Positions 36,533 to 45,376 of a stretch of 64,000 nucleotides of DNA are shown here, one piece after another. A program made the position numbers and the translations under genes. Position 1 is the stretch's first letter. The number at the start of each line of letters is the position of its first letter. Origin of the DNA: Nanobdellota archaeon (lineage in GTDB: Archaea > Nanobdellota > Nanobdellia > JAAOXT01); NCBI GenBank assembly GCA_018221045.1, contig JAAOXT010000001.1, positions 603-64,602 of the forward strand, given 5' to 3'. The notes beneath the pieces were generated by a model. It searched no databases. It was not told the origin of the DNA and saw nothing but the letters and a program-made list of their open reading frames with translations.

Positions 36533-37045
36533 ATGGTTATAACTGGCAGTTATATTAGGGATTTGAGAAAAAAGTTTGGTTTGAGTCAGGACGCTCTTGC
36601 TAAGCTCTCTAGCATTTCTCAAGCCCATATTGCTAAGATTGAGGGGGGTAAGGTTGACCCGCGGCTCTCAACGTTTAATTCTCTTTTGATAGCTCTTAAT
36701 TTAAAGAAGGTTTTGTGCGAGGATGTGATGACTAAGAATATAATTCATATTGGTTCAGAGAAGTCTTTGAGGGATGCAGCGGTTTTGATGAGGGAGCATA
36801 ACGTTTCTCAACTCCCGGTTATAGAGCGGGGCGTTCTTTTGGGGTTGATAACTGAGGAGGATATTCTTCGGTCAGAAGGAGATTTGGTTGGGGGTTGTAT
36901 GGGTCCTGCGCCCCTGCAGGTTAGTCCTAGGACAAGCGTTTTTGATGTTAAACCTTTGCTGGACGTTTTTCCGTGCGTTGTTGTTTTGGATAAGTGTAAA
37001 AGGGTTGGGATTATTGCTCGTTCTGACTTGCTGTGTTTGAAATAA
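36533..37045 (+). CDS. XRE-type HTH plus CBS-domain regulator
   Basis: The N-terminal HTH is LRKKFGLSQDALAKLSSISQAHIAKIEGGK. The C-terminal CBS pattern is VMTKNIIHI...VSQLPVIERGVLLGLITEEDIL. Confidence 0.8.
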   Translation: MVITGSYIRDLRKKFGLSQDALAKLSSISQAHIAKIEGGKVDPRLSTFNSLLIALNLKKVLCEDVMTKNIIHIGSEKSLRDAAVLMREHNVSQLPVIERGVLLGLITEEDILRSEGDLVGGCMGPAPLQVSPRTSVFDVKPLLDVFPCVVVLDKCKRVGIIARSDLLCLK

Positions 37046-37124
37046 ATAACTTTTTAAGTTCGTTTTTGTGAAGTAAGTTCACAGAAACAGGAATTGCGAT
37101 TCGCGTAATTTAAACAGTTTTTTG

Positions 37125-37198
37125 GGGCCTGTAGCTTAGTCTGGTGGAGCGCACGGCTGATAACCGTGAGGTCTCGTGTTCGAATCACGACAGGCCCA
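37125..37198 (+). tRNA. tRNA-Ile (anticodon GAU)
   Basis: I folded the cloverleaf by hand. The acceptor stem is GGGCCTG/CAGGCCC, the anticodon stem is CACGG/CCGTG with loop CTGATAA, and the T arm is TCGTG-TTCGAAT-CACGA. The discriminator is A, and no CCA is encoded. Confidence 0.93.
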
Positions 37199-37235
37199 TT
37201 CCTAAATCAAAACTTGTTTTTTTTCGCGAGTTCTT

Positions 37236-37577
37236 TTAGGAGACTTGAGTTCCTTCTTCTGCGTGCTGGTTTGTCGTGATTAAAGTTATCTTCTCGTTTT
37301 CTCCGGTTCCTTCAACCGCTGCGAGCAGCATTCCATGACTCTCCACGCCTCTGAGCATTTTTGGCTCCAGATTCGTGAGAATCACCACTTGTTTTCCTTG
37401 CAAGTCATCTTTTTTGAGTTGAGGTTTTAATCCTGAAACAATCTTTCTTTCTTCGTCGCCTAAGTCCACGTGTATCACGAATAGTTTGTCAGCGTCCGGA
37501 TGGTCTTCCACTTTGAAAATCGTTCCTACGCGTAAATCCAGTTTTTTGAAATCGTTGTAACTAATTTTTTCGCCCAT
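37236..37577 (-). CDS. Stand-alone tRNA-binding domain protein (Trbp111 / MetRS C-terminal domain-like)
   Basis: It has the pattern FKKLDLRVGTIFKVEDHPDADKLFVIHVDLGDEERKIVSGL, typical of the EMAPII/Trbp111 OB fold. It starts 2 nt after the MetRS stop codon. Confidence 0.85.
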   Translation of the reverse strand: MGEKISYNDFKKLDLRVGTIFKVEDHPDADKLFVIHVDLGDEERKIVSGLKPQLKKDDLQGKQVVILTNLEPKMLRGVESHGMLLAAVEGTGENEKITLITTNQHAEEGTQVS

Positions 37578-37579
37578 TT

Positions 37580-39187
37580 TTATTTCATCACCTTTTTGAT
37601 TTGTTCGCCCTCTATTTTTTTGAAAGCAGGAGTCGTCTTACTTATTTTCCATGTCTTGTTGAACTGGTCGGCTTGCTTCCAATCAATTTTTGTTTTCATC
37701 TCCTTGCTTAGTTTTTCCATTGCAAAAGGGGTGAAAGGGAACATTAGTGAGCACAAATTTTTGCAAGCGTTGGCGCAAACACCCAGTATTTGACCAGCTT
37801 TTTTCTTGTCATTTTTTATGAGTTTCCACGGCTCATTGTCTTGGAAGTACTTGTTGGCCATTCCGGATAACTTGAGCACGCCTTCCAAACCTTTTTTGAG
37901 TTCAACAAGTTCCATGTGCCCAGTTACTTTTCGGTATTCTTGCTTCCATTTTTTGACGAAGTCTCCAGGTCCTTTGAATGAAGGTACTTGACCGTCAAAA
38001 TATTTGTTTATGAAATAAGTTGTTCTGTAAAGGAAGTTGCCAACGTTTCCTATTAGGTCGCTGTTAACCCTACTCATAAAGTCTTTCCAATTCCAGTTCC
38101 CGTCAGTGTTAGCGTTCGGAGTTATTAGCGTCATGTAGAAGCGAAGGTGGTCTGGATCAAATTTTTGCAAGTATTCTTTAAGACTCACGTAGTTGCCCCT
38201 GCTTTTCGAGAATTTTTGTCCCTCCAGGTTTAGGAATCCTCTTGCAGGCATTTTTGTTGGAAGCGGAAGGTCTCCTGCCCCCATGAGCATTGCAGGCCAG
38301 AACAAGTAATGATGATATATTATGTCTTTGCCTATGAAATGAACTATTTTGGTTCCTTTACCCCACCATTTTTTCCAATCTTCTTTGTTTTCCTTAGCCC
38401 ATTTTTTCGTGCTGCTAATGTACCCGATTGGCGCGTCGAACCACACGTAAAACACTTGGTTTGAGCCAGGTATTTTAAAACCCCATTTCAGGTTTCTGCT
38501 CATGTCCCAATCGATCAGTCCTTCTTTTATCCAGTTTTTGACGTAGCCAACAATGTCTTGTTGTAATTCCTTGTTTTTTTTGAACCACGCAGAAATCTTT
38601 TTTGAGAACGCGCTTAATTTAAAAAAGTAGTGTTCGGACTCTCGGAGAACTGGTTCTTTTTTGCAAAGAGTGCACCGAGGCTTTATGAGGTCCCCAACTT
38701 TCAATGATTTGCCGCATTTTTCGCATTGATCAGAGTACTGGTTTTCCGCTCCGCAAGAAGGGCATTTACCTTTTACGTACCTGTCCGCCAAATATTTTTT
38801 GTCATGCTCGCAGTAATATTCCTTTACCTCTTTTTGGTATATGTACCCGTTTTCCCGTAACTTTTCGAATAATTGAATGGTTGCTTCCTTATTTTCTGGA
38901 GAATGAGTCCTGTGGAAAACGTCGAAATCCAGTCCCAGCGCCCTGAACTCTTTTTCGTCCCTGTCATGCCAATAACGCGTGTACTCTTCTGGTTTTCTGC
39001 CTTCTTGCTCAGCTTTTATGAGTGCGGGGGTGCCGTGGTCGTCGGTAGCGCAAACGTAAATAGCTTTTTTTCCTGAGGATTTTAGGTATCTGGTGTAAAC
39101 ATCTGCAGGAAGGTAAGTGCTTCTGAGGTGGCCTAAGTGAATCTCTCCGTTTGAGTAAATGAGTGCAGCGGTTACAAGGGTTCTCAT
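37580..39187 (-). CDS. metG: Methionyl-tRNA synthetase (catalytic core without the C-terminal tRNA-binding domain)
   Basis: The HIGH motif is canonical (NGEIHLGHLRS). It has a Zn knuckle (CPSCGAENQYSDQCEKCG) and a KMSKS-type motif (KFSKSRGN). Confidence 0.92.
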   Translation of the reverse strand: MRTLVTAALIYSNGEIHLGHLRSTYLPADVYTRYLKSSGKKAIYVCATDDHGTPALIKAEQEGRKPEEYTRYWHDRDEKEFRALGLDFDVFHRTHSPENKEATIQLFEKLRENGYIYQKEVKEYYCEHDKKYLADRYVKGKCPSCGAENQYSDQCEKCGKSLKVGDLIKPRCTLCKKEPVLRESEHYFFKLSAFSKKISAWFKKNKELQQDIVGYVKNWIKEGLIDWDMSRNLKWGFKIPGSNQVFYVWFDAPIGYISSTKKWAKENKEDWKKWWGKGTKIVHFIGKDIIYHHYLFWPAMLMGAGDLPLPTKMPARGFLNLEGQKFSKSRGNYVSLKEYLQKFDPDHLRFYMTLITPNANTDGNWNWKDFMSRVNSDLIGNVGNFLYRTTYFINKYFDGQVPSFKGPGDFVKKWKQEYRKVTGHMELVELKKGLEGVLKLSGMANKYFQDNEPWKLIKNDKKKAGQILGVCANACKNLCSLMFPFTPFAMEKLSKEMKTKIDWKQADQFNKTWKISKTTPAFKKIEGEQIKKVMK

Positions 39188-39326
39188 GAAGAAGACTTCA
39201 GTAAGCGTTCTTTTTTAACTTTTTGTGAAAAAACCTTCTTTTTAGCAACATTTATAAAAGGATTTAGTCACTAACTTTTGAAGGTTCTAGAATACTGGTG
39301 TATTAGAAAGGGCGCAATTATTTTTA

Positions 39327-39917
39327 ATGGAATCAAAAAAGGGAACGACGACTATAGGTGTCGTGTATAAAGATGGAATTATCCTAGTAGCGGATAGAAG
39401 GGTCACTGCAGGCAATCTTGTGGCGCACAAATCTTTCAAGAAGTTATACAGGATTACTGATAACATCGCTGTGAGCGTGGCGGGAATGGTTTCAGACAAC
39501 CAGATGCTCATAAAATATTTGAAGTCCGCGATGAAAAAGTACGAGATTGAACGTGACAGGGAACCCTCTGTTAAAGCTTGCTCAACTTATTTGTCCCACT
39601 TACTTTATGGTAATAGGTTCTCATTTCCTTTCCAAGCAAGAATCCTTATCGGAGGATACGGTTCTAACGGCCCCTGCCTTTATTCTCTTGGAGGAGACGG
39701 GTCAAGAATAGATGATGATTACATTTCAACAGGTTCCGGTTCTCCAGTAGCTTACGGTGTTTTGGAGAGTTCTTACAGGAAAAACATGTCTGTTGAACAG
39801 GCGAGAGAGCTCGCAATGAATTCCTTAAAAGCTGCGATGGAAAGAGATGCTTTCACGGGGGAAGGAATAGATTTGATGACGATAACCGTTAAGGGAATTA
39901 AATACGAGAGAGTTTAA
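39327..39917 (+). CDS. psmB: Proteasome beta subunit
   Basis: A short propeptide precedes the catalytic Thr (KKGTTTIGVVYKDGIILVADRR). It also has GSGS. Confidence 0.9.
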   Translation: MESKKGTTTIGVVYKDGIILVADRRVTAGNLVAHKSFKKLYRITDNIAVSVAGMVSDNQMLIKYLKSAMKKYEIERDREPSVKACSTYLSHLLYGNRFSFPFQARILIGGYGSNGPCLYSLGGDGSRIDDDYISTGSGSPVAYGVLESSYRKNMSVEQARELAMNSLKAAMERDAFTGEGIDLMTITVKGIKYERV

Positions 39918-39934
39918 AATCAGGAAAAAAAAAG

Positions 39935-41842
39935 ATGAAAGAGAAAAGATTTCCTATTTTTGGAAAAATAAAAGAACTATTACCTGCCAACGCGCAGATA
40001 TCCGATTACTTGTTCGAAGGAGCTAACATAGTTCTTTACACTAAAAACAAAAAGCTTTTCCTAGATGGAAGCGATTTGACCAGAAAAATTGTTAACGTCA
40101 TAAAGAAAAGAGTGGAGTTCAGGATTGACCCTTCACTACTTCTTGGAGTTGAGCCAACAGAGGAGTTTATAAGAAAAATTGTTCCAAAAGAGGCGGGCTT
40201 GAGAGAAGTTTTCTTCGATAGTCAAAGAAGTTTCGTGATAGTAGAGTCTGAGAACCCGGGTTCGGCCTCTGGCAGAGGGGGCGAAGTGCTCGAAGAAATA
40301 AAAAGAAATACTCTTTGGATTCCGCGAATGATAAGAGTGCCTGCCATAAAGTCTGATATTGTTCGCACTATTCGCCGTTCACTGTTCGAGCAGTCAGATT
40401 ATAGGAGAAAATTCCTTAACTCCATAGGCGAAAAAATTTATTCAAGGTGGACTCGTGACAACAAGAAATATTGGATTCGCCTGTCCGCGTTGGGCGGTTT
40501 CAGGGAAGTCGGAAGGTCTTGCATGCTGTTGCAAACACCTCAGAGCAAGGTCCTGATGGATTGCGGGGTTAACGTGGCGTCAGAAGATTACGGTTTCCCC
40601 CATCTGGAAGTTCCTGAATTTAACATTGATGAATTGGACGCGGTTATCATCTCTCATTCCCACTTGGATCATTGTGGTTTCCTTCCTTACTTATTCAAAT
40701 TTGGTTACAAAGGACCAATTTACTGTACAGAGCCTACAAGGGACGTGATGACTTTATTGCAATTGGATTACATTGACGTGGCCCAAAAAGAGGGGAAAAA
40801 AATTATTTACACAAGCAAAGAGATAAAAGGATTAGTTCATAACACAATCTGTTTGAAGTACGGAGAAGTTAGTGACATAACTCCTGACATAAGAATAACT
40901 CTTTTGAACGCTGGTCACATCCTCGGCTCTTCAATGATTCATCTTAACATTGGGAACGGATACCACAATTTATTGTACTCAGGAGACATTAAGTACGCTA
41001 ATTCTACTATGCTGGACCCGGCGCACACTTATTTCCAGAGACTGGAAACACTGATTCTTGAATCAACATACGGGGGGAGGAACAGTTTTCAACCTTCTTT
41101 AGAAGAATCTGAGAAAAAATTGTTGGATTTAACTAATAAAACGATTGAGAGAGGTGGAAAAATACTTATTCCTGTCTTAGGTGTGGGAAGAGCTCAGGAA
41201 ATCATGCTTATTCTGGAAAAAGCTTTTCGTGAGAAGAAGATAAAGCCCGTGAAAATTTTTGTGGATGGAATGGTGTGGGATGTGACAGCGATAAGCACGA
41301 CTTACCCCGAATTCATGAACAAAGAAGTTCGCAGACTGGTTTTCCAGAAAAACCATAATCCTTTTTTAAGCGAGATTTTCAACAGGGTTGGATCTAACAA
41401 AGAAAGAACTAAGATTATAGAGGAAGAAGGGCCGTGCATAATCCTCGCTACAAGCGGTATGCTGACAGGAGGCCCGAGCGTCACTTACCTGAACAGGTTG
41501 TGCGATAATAAGGATAATTCTTTGCTCTTCGTGTCTTATCAATCGGAAGGCTCGCTGGGAAGGGATTTGCAAAAAGGGATTAGAGAAATCCCTATTCCTA
41601 AAGGAAACAGGACAGAGTTGATGAGAGTTAAGCTTGAAGTCGATACCTTGGAAGGGTTCAGCGGGCACAGCGATAGACAACAATTAATCAATTTTGTTAA
41701 ACACTTAAGGCCCAGGCCAAGACGAGTAATTTTAGGCCACGGAGAGAGTTCTAAATGCCTTGACTTGTCCAGCAGTCTTCACAACACTTTCCGAATTGAA
41801 ACAACAGCTCCAAGAGTCTTAGACGTGGTTAGAATCAAATAG
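39935..41842 (+). CDS. aCPSF1 / FttA-type beta-CASP ribonuclease (KH domains plus metallo-beta-lactamase)
   Basis: It has an N-terminal KH region and the MBL motif ISHSHLDHCG, followed by a beta-CASP region. Its length of 635 aa is typical. Confidence 0.9.
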   Translation: MKEKRFPIFGKIKELLPANAQISDYLFEGANIVLYTKNKKLFLDGSDLTRKIVNVIKKRVEFRIDPSLLLGVEPTEEFIRKIVPKEAGLREVFFDSQRSFVIVESENPGSASGRGGEVLEEIKRNTLWIPRMIRVPAIKSDIVRTIRRSLFEQSDYRRKFLNSIGEKIYSRWTRDNKKYWIRLSALGGFREVGRSCMLLQTPQSKVLMDCGVNVASEDYGFPHLEVPEFNIDELDAVIISHSHLDHCGFLPYLFKFGYKGPIYCTEPTRDVMTLLQLDYIDVAQKEGKKIIYTSKEIKGLVHNTICLKYGEVSDITPDIRITLLNAGHILGSSMIHLNIGNGYHNLLYSGDIKYANSTMLDPAHTYFQRLETLILESTYGGRNSFQPSLEESEKKLLDLTNKTIERGGKILIPVLGVGRAQEIMLILEKAFREKKIKPVKIFVDGMVWDVTAISTTYPEFMNKEVRRLVFQKNHNPFLSEIFNRVGSNKERTKIIEEEGPCIILATSGMLTGGPSVTYLNRLCDNKDNSLLFVSYQSEGSLGRDLQKGIREIPIPKGNRTELMRVKLEVDTLEGFSGHSDRQQLINFVKHLRPRPRRVILGHGESSKCLDLSSSLHNTFRIETTAPRVLDVVRIK

Positions 41843-41905
41843 CCTTGCACTTTGGTTCAAGATTGAATAAAAATTTATAAACAACGCAATTCTTTTTCTT
41901 TTTCA

Positions 41906-42430
41906 TTGATGAAAACAGGTCTTTTGATAAGGGATGCGATGACATCGGAACCAGTTAATTGCAGTAGTGACTGGACTGTTAACAAAGCTGTTGACCTCAT
42001 GATCAAAAAACGGGTTGGAAGCCTTATAGTCAAAGAAGGAGATTTCTTAAAAGGGATACTAACTGAAAGCGATTTGATAAAAAAAGTTTTATCAAAAGGA
42101 AAAAACCCTAACAAAATACTTGTTTCTGAAGTGATGACTCGCGAAGTGATTACCATCGGGCCAGACAGGGACGTGACTAAAGCCATGATTTACATGGCTA
42201 AGAAAAAAGTGAGAAGACTTCCAGTTGTTGAAAAGGAGAAAATCGTGGGCGTCATAACAGTGAATGATATAATCAAGATTCAGCCAGAATTGATTGATTT
42301 ATTGTTCAGGAGAAAAAAAAGTGTGAACGAAGGGTTAGGGATTATCGGGGAGTGCGAGAACTGTCAAGCCAAACAAGTTAGTCTTATGGGTGTTGGGGAC
42401 AGGCTTCTCTGCAAGAATTGCATGGAATAA
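41906..42430 (+). CDS. CBS-domain pair protein with C-terminal zinc ribbon
   Basis: It has two CBS repeats (VGSLIVKEGDFLKGILTESDLI and VRRLPVVEKEKIVGVITVNDII) and CENC...CKNC. The likely ATG start is at 41909. Confidence 0.8.
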   Translation: MMKTGLLIRDAMTSEPVNCSSDWTVNKAVDLMIKKRVGSLIVKEGDFLKGILTESDLIKKVLSKGKNPNKILVSEVMTREVITIGPDRDVTKAMIYMAKKKVRRLPVVEKEKIVGVITVNDIIKIQPELIDLLFRRKKSVNEGLGIIGECENCQAKQVSLMGVGDRLLCKNCME

Positions 42431-42516
42431 AGCGCCACGCAGAAAAATAGTGTTTGACGCATGAAAAATTGGCATAATAAAAAACTTTTTAATCACATAC
42501 TAGTTCTATAATCATC

Positions 42517-42990
42517 ATGCCTGAAGAAGAGACAGTAGCTAAAACAAAGATAAAGTATAAGGGAGGGTTTGATCTAGGAGACGCTTACGATGTTCTTCAC
42601 GACTTGTTCGTGACCATGGGTTACACTGTTGAAGAAAAAAAATACAAGGAGACCGTTAAAAAGGATAAAGGGGAGAAGGATTTGCAAATAACCTGGGAAT
42701 GCGATAAGAACGTTGATGATTTCACCAAATTCATGATAAACATTAACTTCTTCATAATTGGTTTTAAGAAAGGGTGGGCTGACGCAGAAATATCTTTCAA
42801 ATCCGCGCTTAGAACGGATTATGAAGGAAGATGGGAGACCAATCCTTTCCTGAAATTCTTAAAAGGAGTTTACAAAAAATATTTGTACAAAAGCGTTTAC
42901 GACGAGTGGAAAACGCAGGTCAGGGATGAAATGTACCAAATAAAAACTGAACTAGAATCATACCTGAGAGTCGAGAAACTAGCCAGATAA
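42517..42990 (+). CDS. Hypothetical protein (157 aa)
   Basis: The ORF is clean and free of internal stops, and it fills the gap between flanking genes. No motif was recognised. Confidence 0.5.
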   Translation: MPEEETVAKTKIKYKGGFDLGDAYDVLHDLFVTMGYTVEEKKYKETVKKDKGEKDLQITWECDKNVDDFTKFMININFFIIGFKKGWADAEISFKSALRTDYEGRWETNPFLKFLKGVYKKYLYKSVYDEWKTQVRDEMYQIKTELESYLRVEKLAR

Positions 42991-43227
42991 GAAAGGTTTT
43001 TAAAGGACAAAAATCGCTCTGTTTATTAATTCACACTAAAGAAAGAAATTTATTTCGCACATATTACAAATCACAGAAAAAAAAATCATTAATATTCATT
43101 TGCATTACAAAATCTTTTCACAAAAAAAGTTTTTTTTGGGGAAAAAGCTTGATAAGTGCAAGGAGCAAAAGGTAACACCTTTTTCTGCGCGAATTTCTTT
43201 CCTTGAAGTGAGGAGGTAAAATAAAAC

Positions 43228-44412
43228 ATGGGAAAAGTTTCACAAGTATCATCAAAATACATAATACACGCTCGCATTGAAGTGTCTGGCCTTGTTGAGA
43301 AGCCAGACGTTATTGGAGCAATTTTCGGCCAAACAGAAGGATTGCTTGGCGCGGAATTAGAACTAAGAGAATTGCAAAAATCTGGGAGGATAGGCAGGAT
43401 AGACGTGTCTTTAAAATCGGGTAACGGAAAATCTTTCGGAGTCATTACTGTTCCGAGTTCGCTGGATCAGGCTGAGACCAGTCTTGTCGGCGCCGCTCTT
43501 GAAACCATTGAAAGGATTGGTCCTTGCGACGCGAAGATAAAAGTTGAAAAGGTTGAAGACGTTCGCATTAACAAAAGGCAGTTCATCATTGATAGGGCTA
43601 AAGACTTGCTTAAAAAAATGGTTAGTAGTGAGATGCCTGACAGTCACGCGATAACTGATAACGTTAAAAAGTCTGTGCGGGCAATGGGGATTGTGGCTTA
43701 CGGGCCTGAAAAACTTCCTGCAGGCCCTTTTGTGGATGTTATGGACGAGTTATTCCTTGTTGAAGGGCGAGCTGACGTGATAACAATGCTTAGGAACGGT
43801 TTCATGAACGTTATAGCTCTTAACGGGACGTCGATACCTAAAACAATAGTTGGATTATGCAAAACCAAGATTACAACCCTTTTCATTGATGGGGATAGAG
43901 GTGGGAAAATAATTCTAAAGGAATTGTTAGCTCAGACAAAAGTGGATTTCGTTGCGGTAGCTCCTGACGGCAAAGAAGTGGAGGAACTGACCAAGAAAGA
44001 AGTTCACATCGCTATTCGAGGTAAACAGAAAGCAAATGAGTTTGTGGGGGGCAGGCCAGCGAGATTCCAAAAAACCGATGCAAGGGTAAGACCTATTAGG
44101 AAGCCTTCCATAGAACCAGCACTGTACAAAAAGTTTAAAAAAATGCTTGAAAGTCTTGTCGGCACTAAAGCTGCTTACATACTTGACAAAGAACTAGCGA
44201 TTCTTGGCAAAGTGCCTGTCAAAGAGTTAGAAGCAACTCTTAAGAACGTGGATAACGCGTTCGCAGTTGTTTTTGACGGTGAAATAAACTTCAGCATCGT
44301 TCAAACAAGTGAAATAAGAAGAATTAAGTTTTTGATTGGCATGCGCGGTGAAGGAAGGTCTCGCAAAGTAAAGATTTTTAACGGAAAAAGCTTCAAGATT
44401 TTTGAGAGCTAG
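43228..44412 (+). CDS. dnaG: Archaeal DnaG-type primase / exosome-associated Toprim protein
   Basis: It has the N-terminal KYIIHARIEVSGLVEKPDVIGAIFGQTEGLLG and a Toprim block (LFLVEGRADV...DGDRGG). A GAGGAGGT Shine-Dalgarno sequence lies upstream. Confidence 0.9.
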   Translation: MGKVSQVSSKYIIHARIEVSGLVEKPDVIGAIFGQTEGLLGAELELRELQKSGRIGRIDVSLKSGNGKSFGVITVPSSLDQAETSLVGAALETIERIGPCDAKIKVEKVEDVRINKRQFIIDRAKDLLKKMVSSEMPDSHAITDNVKKSVRAMGIVAYGPEKLPAGPFVDVMDELFLVEGRADVITMLRNGFMNVIALNGTSIPKTIVGLCKTKITTLFIDGDRGGKIILKELLAQTKVDFVAVAPDGKEVEELTKKEVHIAIRGKQKANEFVGGRPARFQKTDARVRPIRKPSIEPALYKKFKKMLESLVGTKAAYILDKELAILGKVPVKELEATLKNVDNAFAVVFDGEINFSIVQTSEIRRIKFLIGMRGEGRSRKVKIFNGKSFKIFES

Positions 44413-44459
44413 GATTCGCTAAACATTAAAAAACTTCGAGCAAATAAATATTAGTTGGC

Positions 44460-45347
44460 ATGCGAAAACTATCACTACTAATTTTTTTTTTTTGGTTTCC
44501 AATAGTGATGGGTGCAGAAGTGTTGGGCGGCGTTCTCGGCCCGGCAGTCGTGGTCCAGCAAGCCAACCTGTCTTTTGACATGGCGAGTGTTGAGCAAGCT
44601 TTTTTAGGAGAGCAATTCCAACCCGAACTATATTTGACGAACGTGGGAGACGGTGACGCGTTGATAACGTCTTCAGAGCTTGTCTGGACTTCAAACCAGA
44701 AGGGTTACGTGTCCGTTTCTTCCCCCCAAGTCATTCCTCCAGGATACACTTCAAGGTTTTCTTTTATCGTGGACAAGTCTTCTTGCGTTGACTTCTCAAC
44801 CAATCAAACTTTTCGTTTTAACATAACTTATTCTAACGCGACGGATGACACGGCCAATTTTCTTAGCAGTCTTTACTGGCATAACATTAGCTCTCCGTTG
44901 AGCATTAGGAGCTTGTCAGTGGACACTAATCAGGTGTTTCCTGTTTCGATGAGGGGTTTGGACAGGTTTACTTTCCTGTTCAGAAATGATGGGGTTGACG
45001 AGATAGATTATTCTTTGAGTGTTTCTCATCCTGTATCCGTGTTTCCAGAAATAGTTACTTCGACAGGTATTTTTCAGCCCGCCGACTTGCCAGGCCAGAG
45101 CTTCAGCATTTCAGGGCTGGACAAGCAGGTTTTCGGAGTCATTCTTTACCCAATAACTCCTTATGGGCCAAGCCCTTTTGAGCTTAACCTGACAACGAGT
45201 TGCGGTAACACTTCTCAAACCATTGGTTTCAGTTTGGAAGTCGTGTCAGAGCAGGCAGGTTTTTTTGCCACGGTTCCAGGGATTCAACCAATCTTTTTCG
45301 CACTTCTCCTGCTTTCGGCTGGCTTGTTCTTATACCAAAAAATTTAA
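44460..45347 (+). CDS. Secreted, C-terminally anchored surface protein (295 aa), sequon-rich
   Basis: It has the signal peptide MRKLSLLIFFFWFPIVMGA and several N-x-S/T sequons. The C-terminal tail is VPGIQPIFFALLLLSAGLFLYQKI (PG motif, TM helix, basic end). Confidence 0.75.
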   Translation: MRKLSLLIFFFWFPIVMGAEVLGGVLGPAVVVQQANLSFDMASVEQAFLGEQFQPELYLTNVGDGDALITSSELVWTSNQKGYVSVSSPQVIPPGYTSRFSFIVDKSSCVDFSTNQTFRFNITYSNATDDTANFLSSLYWHNISSPLSIRSLSVDTNQVFPVSMRGLDRFTFLFRNDGVDEIDYSLSVSHPVSVFPEIVTSTGIFQPADLPGQSFSISGLDKQVFGVILYPITPYGPSPFELNLTTSCGNTSQTIGFSLEVVSEQAGFFATVPGIQPIFFALLLLSAGLFLYQKI

Positions 45348-45376
45348 AACAAGTCTAAAGATTCTTTATTTTTAGG

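Noticed and set aside
37070-37086. A perfect 6-bp hairpin, TGTGAA-GTAAG-TTCACA, lies upstream of tRNA-Ile.
   Set aside because: The stem is too short to distinguish from chance. It could be a terminator for the upstream CBS-HTH gene or a regulator site, but there is no supporting evidence.
43089-43445. A 118-aa minus-strand ORF spans the dnaG promoter and 5' end.
   Set aside because: It overlaps the well-supported dnaG N-terminus and its GAGGAGGT Shine-Dalgarno sequence, and it has no recognisable motifs.
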